A stretch of DNA of 64,000 nucleotides, taken from an uncultured Gammaproteobacteria bacterium (GTDB lineage Bacteria > Patescibacteriota > Microgenomatia > UBA1406 > GWC2-37-13). A program made the translations under genes and the position numbers. Position 1 is the first letter of the stretch, and the number at the start of each line of letters is the position of its first letter. The stretch spans positions 8,828 through 72,827 of the forward strand of contig CAYJKR010000002.1 of assembly GCA_964371165.1 (NCBI GenBank), read 5' to 3'. Below, piece by piece: positions 27,242 through 34,236 of this stretch. The notes beneath the pieces were generated by a model. The model searched no databases. It saw nothing but the letters and a program-made list of their open reading frames with translations, and was not told the DNA's origin.

Positions 27242-29830
27242 ATGTGGAGGTATTTTCTTCGGACCCTCGCTTTATTGCCATTATTATTTGTTTGTATTGG
27301 AAAAGTAAATGCTTTTGAATTTATAAAATCTCCAGACAATCCTCTACCTATCTCTTACGGCTTTGATTATGATCGAATCCAACAAATACATGTCTATAAA
27401 GAAAACAATATTTATAAAGGCATTGCGACGGCTAAGCCTTCTGGCCGAAACTATCATTCTTTAGTCGCGATTGAATCAAGCGATGGAAAAAACTGGCACT
27501 TGACTAAAGAAATTTTAAACATTCCCGATTTTGACCTCTCAAATGGAAGGTTATTCATTGATCGTGACGGCAATAAAAAAATTCTTTTTGCAAAAATGGA
27601 TAGCCGCGACCTTTACCGCTTATATAGCATAGATTGCGATAATGAAGCTAACTGCTCTCAGAATCCGAGACTTTTCCTGGACCCTAATTTATCCGACCAT
27701 AACGAAAATCGAGGGTTTTTTGCTCCTTATATTCTCAATTCCGGAGATACCTATTACCTGTTTTATGGCGCCTGGGGATATAATGGCTTCAGGTTAAATC
27801 TTTCATATTCTTCGGATTTGTCAAACTGGACAAAGTGTTCAAATGAAATAATGACCGGGGGCGACGGACCCTTTCCCCACGTTGAGGATAATAACCTTTA
27901 TCTATTCGTCCACCGCTCAAACGGAACCGGAATTCAAGCGCTCAAAACAAGCTTACCGTTATCTTGCGAATCCTCTTGGGAAAATTTAGGGTACGTTCTT
28001 AGTAAGAATCAACCATACGACCAGAGTCATATGATCTTTCCCTCGGTTGTAAACGACAATGGCCAATTAAAACTGTATTATTCTGGACTGGGCAGTGATA
28101 ATCTCTGGCATCTGAATTTGACGGAACAAGTTCAAGTTCCGACTCCAGAACCCACGTCTTTACCAACGCCCGAGCCAACTCAAAATAAAATCACTCCATC
28201 GTTAATCCCAACGGTTCCAATTCTGGATAAAATACCTATTATTCTCATCCCCGGTTTTATGGCCTCTTGGAACAAAGATGCAATCCTTCATAATAAAACC
28301 GTTGGTTATCAGGACTGGAAACTCGCCTCTTACGTCAAGGAATATCGAGGCCTAATAGATACATTAAAAAACTTGGGCTATGAAGAAAATAAGGATCTAT
28401 TTATTTTTGCTTATGATTGGAGAAAGAAAGTCAACGATTCGGTCGACGATTTAAACAGATTTATTGAAACAAAAATAAATCCGGACAAAAAGGTTGACGT
28501 TGTTGGACATTCGTTGGGAGGAGTCGTGGGAAGAATATATACCCAAAAGTACCAAGATTTAAGCCGGGTGAATCGATTAATTACAGTAGCTTCACCTCAT
28601 AGCGGCGTAGTTCAAGTCTATAAACCCCTTGAAGCCGGAGAAATTGACCGGCAGAATACGTGGTTATGGCTAACTGAAAAAATAATTATTAATTTAAATC
28701 GTGGTTTATTCGAGTCTGACAGGGAAGTAATCGAACATATGTTTCCAGTAACTCATGACTTATTCCCTACTTTTAACTTCTTAAAAGACGAAAAAGATGA
28801 GTTTATAGACAAAAATTCGATGCATATTTCTAATTCTCTTTTGGATTTTTATAATAACAGCGTAGATTCTATTTTCCCCTATTTTACCGCCTTGATCGGA
28901 GAAAAGGACTCTTCATCGACTCTTGCAGGGTATAAAGTAACCAACCCTAATCTTATTGATAATCTATTTTCAAACTACAAAGACGGAAGGCCTACAGATA
29001 GTTTTAAAAGCATTGGAGATTATACTGTTTTAAAAACGAGCGCCGAAATCGAAGGTGATGAATTCGAAACCCTACCCTTAGATCATGGAGAAATTATCTA
29101 TAAAAAAGAAGGAATTAAGAAAATTTTGGAAACCTTGCAAATCAGTTACTCGGAAGATCAAATAACGGAAGGGGCTTCAACCATTCTTACCCCGAGCTTG
29201 ATTTTCATGATTAAATCTCCGGCAAAAATGACTGTCACTTTCGGAGACAAAACATATGAAGAACAAGACGGGATGATTTTTATTGAAAACGCCGAATCAG
29301 GCAGCTATAGTCTTTCAGTCCAAGGACTGGACCTAGGATATTATGAAATCCAGATCGGCCAAATTTCTAGTTTAAATGATGTTTGGGAAACAATCGAAGG
29401 TAAAATCGATCGAACTCCGCCTTCTATACAAGTTGATGAGTACATAGTGAACTACAACGACGAATCAGCGACAAGTGCTTTTCCTTCTCTAACTCCAACC
29501 GAAAACCCAACACCAACAGTGATTCCCTCAATGACGCCTATACTAACTCCGACTCTTTCGCCTACACCAATACCAACAACTTCTCCGAAACCTACCACTG
29601 TTATTATTCTACAATCGACTCAAGATCCAATGCTAATTGCTTATCAATCCAAAACCAATCCAGGAAATAACCAAACTTCAGATATTTTGGGTGTCGAGTC
29701 GGAAGAAAAAATTAAATCGAACAAAAGCGGGTCAACATATTCATTTCTTCTATATCCATTTGCTTCAGCTTTAATTGTCGGAGTGACTTGGTTATATGTA
29801 AAGAAAAAGTATGAAAAAATTAAACCTTAA
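27242..29830 (+). CDS. large secreted/surface-anchored multidomain protein: beta-propeller glycosidase-like domain, PT linker, lipase-like alpha/beta hydrolase, PT-rich stalk, C-terminal TM anchor
   Basis: 862 aa with a signal peptide (LALLPLLFVCIGKVNA). The N-terminal region resembles GH43/GH130 propellers (YYLFYGAWG, LYLFVHRS, LKLYYSG). Linker PTPEPTSLPTPEPT is followed by IILIPGF...GHSLGG, a PT-rich tract and a final TM helix plus KKKYEK. Confidence 0.7.
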   Translation: MWRYFLRTLALLPLLFVCIGKVNAFEFIKSPDNPLPISYGFDYDRIQQIHVYKENNIYKGIATAKPSGRNYHSLVAIESSDGKNWHLTKEILNIPDFDLSNGRLFIDRDGNKKILFAKMDSRDLYRLYSIDCDNEANCSQNPRLFLDPNLSDHNENRGFFAPYILNSGDTYYLFYGAWGYNGFRLNLSYSSDLSNWTKCSNEIMTGGDGPFPHVEDNNLYLFVHRSNGTGIQALKTSLPLSCESSWENLGYVLSKNQPYDQSHMIFPSVVNDNGQLKLYYSGLGSDNLWHLNLTEQVQVPTPEPTSLPTPEPTQNKITPSLIPTVPILDKIPIILIPGFMASWNKDAILHNKTVGYQDWKLASYVKEYRGLIDTLKNLGYEENKDLFIFAYDWRKKVNDSVDDLNRFIETKINPDKKVDVVGHSLGGVVGRIYTQKYQDLSRVNRLITVASPHSGVVQVYKPLEAGEIDRQNTWLWLTEKIIINLNRGLFESDREVIEHMFPVTHDLFPTFNFLKDEKDEFIDKNSMHISNSLLDFYNNSVDSIFPYFTALIGEKDSSSTLAGYKVTNPNLIDNLFSNYKDGRPTDSFKSIGDYTVLKTSAEIEGDEFETLPLDHGEIIYKKEGIKKILETLQISYSEDQITEGASTILTPSLIFMIKSPAKMTVTFGDKTYEEQDGMIFIENAESGSYSLSVQGLDLGYYEIQIGQISSLNDVWETIEGKIDRTPPSIQVDEYIVNYNDESATSAFPSLTPTENPTPTVIPSMTPILTPTLSPTPIPTTSPKPTTVIILQSTQDPMLIAYQSKTNPGNNQTSDILGVESEEKIKSNKSGSTYSFLLYPFASALIVGVTWLYVKKKYEKIKP

Positions 29831-30008
29831 TCAAAGAAAGGGGCTTTCCGACATACTAATTAATTTGTTAACCGTTTTAATTTCAGCCTTTATAGTAAGT
29901 AAAATTCTTTATGAAAACAAATTTGATTTTTACTCAGTTATTGCGGCTGCCATATCTTTAATAGTTTCAGTTGCTTTAGCGTTTGTTTCGATTAATATTG
30001 TAAAATAA
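29811..30008 (+). CDS. small two-TM membrane protein (65 aa)
   Basis: Track ORF overlapping the stop of the upstream gene by 20 nt, with two hydrophobic helices. Confidence 0.4.
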   Translation: MKKLNLNQRKGLSDILINLLTVLISAFIVSKILYENKFDFYSVIAAAISLIVSVALAFVSINIVK

Positions 30009-30011
30009 AAT

Positions 30012-30095
30012 ATGGATGAAAACACAATTATTATAGGTTCAGCAATCGTTTTTATGTTGATTGCTTTACTGTTTTATTATATTTCTAAAAGATAG
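30012..30095 (+). CDS. candidate 27-aa hydrophobic micropeptide
   Basis: Own translation gives MDENTIIIGSAIVFMLIALLFYYISKR*: one TM helix with a basic C-terminus. Below the ORF-track cutoff. Confidence 0.2.
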   Translation: MDENTIIIGSAIVFMLIALLFYYISKR

Positions 30096-30097
30096 AT

Positions 30098-30193
30098 ATG
30101 GAAATAAACTATATTTTATCTATCGTCGCTTTTTTCCTTGCATGCCTAACATTCTATATTCTTTACAAAGACTCCAAAAAATCAAAAAAGTAG
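30098..30193 (+). CDS. candidate 31-aa hydrophobic micropeptide
   Basis: Own translation gives MEINYILSIVAFFLACLTFYILYKDSKKSKK*: same architecture as the preceding micropeptide. Confidence 0.2.
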   Translation: MEINYILSIVAFFLACLTFYILYKDSKKSKK

Positions 30194-30205
30194 TCAGTAA
30201 CATTG

Positions 30206-30279
30206 TGGACCCGAGAGGACTTGAACCTCTGGCCTTTGCAATGTGAATGCAACGCTCTAGCCAACTGAGCTACGGATCC
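30206..30279 (-). tRNA. tRNA-Val (anticodon CAC)
   Basis: Hand fold: acceptor GGATCCG/CGGGTCC, anticodon stem TTGCA/TGCAA, loop TTCACAT, T arm AGAGG-TTCAAGT-CCTCT, discriminator A. CCA is not encoded. Confidence 0.93.
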
Positions 30280-30281
30280 TA

Positions 30282-30310
30282 TTGATATATTATATCAACT
30301 TTCCTACAAT
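30282..30310 (+). promoter_or_regulatory. sigma70-like lepB promoter; its -35 lies in a 17-nt palindrome that also provides the tRNA-Val -10 on the other strand
   Basis: TTGATA (30282-30287), 17-nt spacer, TACAAT (30305-30310), then 8 nt to ATG 30319. The palindrome TTGATATATTATATCAA (30282-30298) reads TTGATATAAT on minus, 9 nt before the tRNA-Val 5' end. Confidence 0.45.
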
Positions 30311-30318
30311 TAAAACTT

Positions 30319-30888
30319 ATGGGTTTGGTAAAAAAGATAATCGACTTTGTCATGGATATCTTGGAAACAGTCGTTTTTGTCGGCTCGACTTTCATCGTCG
30401 TCTACCTTTTCATTCTGACTCCAAACCAGGTCAAGGGCGCCTCGATGGAGCCGAGCTTCAATTCCGGCGACTATATCCTTACCAGCCGCGTCACTTATAA
30501 ATTTAGGGACATGGAAAGGGGAGACGTCGTCGTTTTCAACTCGCCGAAAAACCCAGACATCGAATACATCAAGAGAATTATCGGTCTCCCGGGCGACAGA
30601 ATATTAATAAAAGGCGAAGGCGTCTATGTCAACGACCAAGTAATGACGGAAAACTATATCGCCGAAAAAACCAATCTTTGGGAAGGCGGCTGCATCCAAG
30701 ACGGAGTCGAGTATACAGTCCCGCCCGGGGAAGTCTTTGTCATGGGAGACAACCGTCCGAGGTCTTCCGACTCCCGAGAGTTTTGCTCCATTCCTATTCA
30801 AAGCGTCGTTGGAGCGGTCTTCTTCCGCTATTTTCCTCCCGACAAGGTAGGAAATGTGAATAATCCCCTGCCCCGCTCCATCAGATAA
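30319..30888 (+). CDS. lepB: signal peptidase I
   Basis: 189 aa with an N-terminal TM helix, catalytic Ser box GASMEPS, the KRIIGLPGD Lys box and GDNRPRSSDSR. Confidence 0.92.
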   Translation: MGLVKKIIDFVMDILETVVFVGSTFIVVYLFILTPNQVKGASMEPSFNSGDYILTSRVTYKFRDMERGDVVVFNSPKNPDIEYIKRIIGLPGDRILIKGEGVYVNDQVMTENYIAEKTNLWEGGCIQDGVEYTVPPGEVFVMGDNRPRSSDSREFCSIPIQSVVGAVFFRYFPPDKVGNVNNPLPRSIR

Positions 30889-31420
30889 TTTTTTTTACCA
30901 GCTCCTTGATTGAAGTAGAAGTTTTCTCCAGGTTGCCTTTGATTTCGAAAGTCAAACTAGAGCGCGTCCTGGTCTGAACGAGAGCCACCTTAACATCTGG
31001 ATTTCTTTTGGCGATTTCTCCTAAAAGGTACTGTTTTTCTTTTTGCCTGATGTAGTGGCCCCTGTTTTTGAAATTATATAGGTATTCTCTAATTGCGTCT
31101 TCGGTATCCTTAACCGACAAACTCTGGGCGAGAATTTTTTCGTAAATATCGACCATCTTCTGCTTGTCTTGCAGACGCGATATTAAAAAAAGGTGACTAA
31201 TGCTAACTAACTTTGAATAGTAGCCGTCGACGACAATATCGGGCAGCTTGTTGAGGCGGTTGATGTGACAAACATAGGAAGAATTGATTCCCAGCTTTGA
31301 GGCAATATCCATAACCTTAACATTCTTATCTCTCCTTAAGGAAAAAATCAGCTTGGCTTTGACAAAAATATCTTTTTCCGTTTTTATCTTATCGATGATT
31401 AAGTCGATACTTTCAGGCAT
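30881..31420 (-). CDS. ParB/Spo0J-like HTH domain protein lacking the N-terminal ParB box region
   Basis: 179 aa. MDIASKLGINSSYVCHINRLNKLPDIV resembles the ParB HTH (LGKS.S.V.N.LRLL.LP..V). No GERRxR-type motif was seen. Confidence 0.45.
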   Translation of the reverse strand: MPESIDLIIDKIKTEKDIFVKAKLIFSLRRDKNVKVMDIASKLGINSSYVCHINRLNKLPDIVVDGYYSKLVSISHLFLISRLQDKQKMVDIYEKILAQSLSVKDTEDAIREYLYNFKNRGHYIRQKEKQYLLGEIAKRNPDVKVALVQTRTRSSLTFEIKGNLEKTSTSIKELVKKII

Positions 31421-31432
31421 GGATATATTCTA

Positions 31433-32131
31433 TCATTTCACAGGAGGATAGAAGATTATAGATAAGTTTTTGTTCAACGGCTCTACCCAAACTAATTCGG
31501 CGTTATCCAATAAGAAATCGGTGTGATAAAAACCTTTGGAAAATCTTTTTACCATTTCCTGTTCGCTATTAGGACTAGCATTGGTGCCAAGACCAAGGTG
31601 GGGCCCAGTTTTCTCTCGGGACAATATCGACGAATCGGAATACGTTTTGATTCCTGCCAGTTTATAAAAGCCTAGTCCCAATTCGGCAACAGGAATAGAA
31701 CGTCCTGACCGAACCAAGTTAATTAACTCTTTTTGCGATAGTTCAAAAGAATCGATCGAAATCCCCTCGGGTACCTGGATATCGACAACATTTCCCGAAT
31801 GAACCGTAAAAAAAAGTCCCTCGGCCCAAAACTCGCCGTAGGTCGATGCCAAAGGATTTGGCGCCGCGAAGGTTTCTCCACCCGGAATGTTTACATATTC
31901 GAAGTTATAGTCGCCTACTTTGACTTTGTGGTCGTCGTCAAATCTACCCATATCGGTCTCGAACGGAGCCTTTTTAGTGTCGTAATATAAGTTTAATTTT
32001 GTCGGTCTTCCCTCTGTCGGAGACTGTGTTTTTATTTCAAAAATTCCTTCGGGGTGCTTCTCAAAAAAGGAGTCAAAATAATCAATTTGTTCTTGAATTA
32101 AAGCCAACTTAGAGTTTGTCATGTCGGCCAT
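31433..32131 (-). CDS. M29 (aminopeptidase T/PepS-like) aminopeptidase, C-terminal catalytic part
   Basis: 232 aa with NIPGGETFAAP and a HLGLG...YHTDFLL pattern, resembling M29 metal-binding blocks (NIP.GEVFTAP; H.A.G...H.D). Confidence 0.55.
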   Translation of the reverse strand: MADMTNSKLALIQEQIDYFDSFFEKHPEGIFEIKTQSPTEGRPTKLNLYYDTKKAPFETDMGRFDDDHKVKVGDYNFEYVNIPGGETFAAPNPLASTYGEFWAEGLFFTVHSGNVVDIQVPEGISIDSFELSQKELINLVRSGRSIPVAELGLGFYKLAGIKTYSDSSILSREKTGPHLGLGTNASPNSEQEMVKRFSKGFYHTDFLLDNAELVWVEPLNKNLSIIFYPPVK

Positions 32132-32169
32132 AACTCGGCCGTCGCCCGTCGAAAATCCGAGAGACCCGG

Positions 32170-32592
32170 CTAATCTGATTGCTCTTTTTTTCCAGCCTCA
32201 GATATTGCTTTGTACATGCCCTTACGATTTTTGTATGCTTCGCCCAAATTTACGACCGTGAGAGAATAATCTCTGCTTAGAGCAATATGCTGCAATTCTT
32301 TTAAGGCATCCTTCGTCTGGTGATAAAAATCATCTTCAGACATCGAATCGTCAAATTCAACCCTCGCCACGACATAATCATTATCAAAGGATTGCTCCAT
32401 TAGTGCTCCGTCCAATTCACACGCCATTCTCCTTCGCGTCACAAAATCCTTGCTGGGTTGTTTTGTAGGAACTTTGTCGCCGATAATTAAGATCTGACTT
32501 TTTCGAGGCAGGTTAAGACAAGTAACGTAGTTTTTGACGGCGGCGGATATTACTGCTTCCGGAAGTAAGCCTTTTTCAGGTCCTTTCAACAT
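32170..32592 (-). CDS. M29 aminopeptidase-like N-terminal part (split from 31433-32131)
   Basis: 140 aa. Pattern AAVKNYVTCLNLPRKSQILIIGD resembles the M29 N-terminal domain. Ends just after an A7 run, and the -1 frame is open into the downstream ORF. Confidence 0.45.
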   Translation of the reverse strand: MLKGPEKGLLPEAVISAAVKNYVTCLNLPRKSQILIIGDKVPTKQPSKDFVTRRRMACELDGALMEQSFDNDYVVARVEFDDSMSEDDFYHQTKDALKELQHIALSRDYSLTVVNLGEAYKNRKGMYKAISEAGKKEQSD

Positions 32593-32632
32593 ATGAAAAA
32601 GGATTATATCATACTATGAGACTAATTTCAAT

Positions 32633-32878
32633 TTAGTCTATTCTGACGAAGGATTCGCCGAGTCTCGTGTAGAAAATCACTTTACCTTTCTTTAAAGCCA
32701 TGATGGTAAAGTCGCGCGCCAGCATTGTTCCCGGCCCGGAGTGAACTCTAGTTCCTTTTTGGCGGATAATTATATTGCCCGGAATGGCCATCTGGCCGCC
32801 ATAAATCTTGACTCCCAGCCTTTTGGCCCTTGAGTCTCGATTTCCCTTAACGGTTTTTTGCGCTTTGGTATGTGCCAT
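32633..32878 (-). CDS. rpmA: 50S ribosomal protein L27
   Basis: 81 aa: MAHTKAQKTVKGNRDSRAKRLGVKIYGGQ...GNIIIRQKGTRVHSG. Confidence 0.95.
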   Translation of the reverse strand: MAHTKAQKTVKGNRDSRAKRLGVKIYGGQMAIPGNIIIRQKGTRVHSGPGTMLARDFTIMALKKGKVIFYTRLGESFVRID

Positions 32879-33189
32879 TAGATCTTTTTAATTTTTAAAG
32901 TCGTCAACTGCGGTCTAAAGCCCTTGACCCTTCTGTACCTTACTTTTGCTTTAAACCTGGCCACTCTTATCTTCTCTCCTTTGCCGTGGGCCACGACCTC
33001 GGCTTTGACTTTGCCTTTGAGTTCGGGTGTTCCCATTTGAAGAGACTTTCCTTCGGAGTCAAAAGTCGCCAAGGCAGTAATGTCGACTTCGTCCTTTTCT
33101 TTGGCGTCAAGATGGTCTACAGTGATAGAATCGTTTTCACGAACGATGTATTGTTTTCCCCCTGTTTTTACTACTGCCAGATTAACCAT
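32878..33189 (-). CDS. rplU: 50S ribosomal protein L21
   Basis: 103 aa: AVVKTGGKQYIV...GKGEKIRVARFKAKVRYRR. Lies immediately upstream of rpmA. Confidence 0.95.
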   Translation of the reverse strand: MVNLAVVKTGGKQYIVRENDSITVDHLDAKEKDEVDITALATFDSEGKSLQMGTPELKGKVKAEVVAHGKGEKIRVARFKAKVRYRRVKGFRPQLTTLKIKKI

Positions 33190-33213
33190 AAAGATAAATT
33201 ATACCTAAAATTT

Positions 33214-34236
33214 TCAAGGAAGCAACGCAAATCCTATTAAAGTGGCTAAAACAGCGCTCCCACCGTAGGAAATAAAGGGGAGGGCGATTCCGGCAATCGG
33301 GAGGATACCCATGTTCATCCCCATATTGACGAAGACCTGGAATACCAAATAGGAAAGAAAGCCAATGCAGTAAAGGAATTTGGCTTGGTTCTCCCGGTCG
33401 TTCGAGTTAGCATATTTAATTGCCCGCTTGGCAATGGTATAGATAACTATCCCGTAAAGGGCCAGGACAACTATGCCTCCGAAAAATCCAAACTGTTCAA
33501 CGAGCGAGGCGTAGGCAAAATCGGTCGTATTCTCGGGGAGGAAATATAGGCGTGACTGGGTCGACAGCCCGAGTCCCCGCCCCCAGAATTTGCCGCTCCC
33601 GATGGTAATTACCGCCTGGATCATGTTGTAGGCAATTCCCTGCCTATCCAGATGGGGGTTAAGAAAGCTCAAAAGCCTGGCTTTCTGGTAACTCTTCAAT
33701 AACAGCCAGCCTATGGGAGCCGCCACCGCCGACATCACCAAAAGGTAAAGGGCGTGACGCTTGGCGCCGTCTGAAAACAGAATCATCGTTAGATATATGA
33801 AGGCAAAAACGGCCGCGTTCCCCAAATCCGGCTGCTTGAAAATGATAAAGGCGGGTACGGCAAAATAGAGGAAAGTCTTCGTGAAAAAGGCCAAACGGTT
33901 TTCGAGAATCCTTTTTGAAGTCAAAAGCTGGGCCAAAAACAAAATTAAAAAAATCTTAAACGGTTCGGAAACCTGAAAATTGAAAAAATAGAAGTCGAGC
34001 CAGCGGCGCGAACCCTTGACTTCGATGCCAATAATAAAGGTAATGATGAGAATTGCCGCCATCAGCCAATATAATAATTGGGCGTTCATCCTAAAAAAAT
34101 GGCGGCCGATCGTTTTTACCCCAAAGTAAACGCCGAAGCCGATAATGACAAAAACCAGTTGGCGAAAAAAAAGAGCTTGGTTTAACCCGAAGAGACTAAA
34201 GAGGCCAAAAAGGATAAGAAAAAGTACTGCGATCAT
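33214..34236 (-). CDS. SEDS-family peptidoglycan glycosyltransferase (RodA/FtsW paralogue)
   Basis: 340 aa, polytopic. Contains QPDLGNA, PENTTDFAYA and GILPIAGIALPFISYGGSA blocks. Confidence 0.85.
   Translation of the reverse strand: MIAVLFLILFGLFSLFGLNQALFFRQLVFVIIGFGVYFGVKTIGRHFFRMNAQLLYWLMAAILIITFIIGIEVKGSRRWLDFYFFNFQVSEPFKIFLILFLAQLLTSKRILENRLAFFTKTFLYFAVPAFIIFKQPDLGNAAVFAFIYLTMILFSDGAKRHALYLLVMSAVAAPIGWLLLKSYQKARLLSFLNPHLDRQGIAYNMIQAVITIGSGKFWGRGLGLSTQSRLYFLPENTTDFAYASLVEQFGFFGGIVVLALYGIVIYTIAKRAIKYANSNDRENQAKFLYCIGFLSYLVFQVFVNMGMNMGILPIAGIALPFISYGGSAVLATLIGFALLP

Noticed and set aside
28141-29600. Repetitive CCnACn-rich DNA (28141-28200 and 29490-29600) as possible tandem repeats or an array
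   Set aside because: These tracts are in frame within the 862-aa ORF. They encode Pro/Thr-rich linkers (PTPEPT..., PTPTVIPSMTPILTPTLSPTPIPTTSPKPTT) and are low-complexity coding sequence, not a DNA repeat element.
30061-30246. 61-aa plus-strand ORF
   Set aside because: It runs into tRNA-Val (30206-30279, minus) and starts from a non-ATG codon inside the micro-ORF region. It has no support beyond being open.
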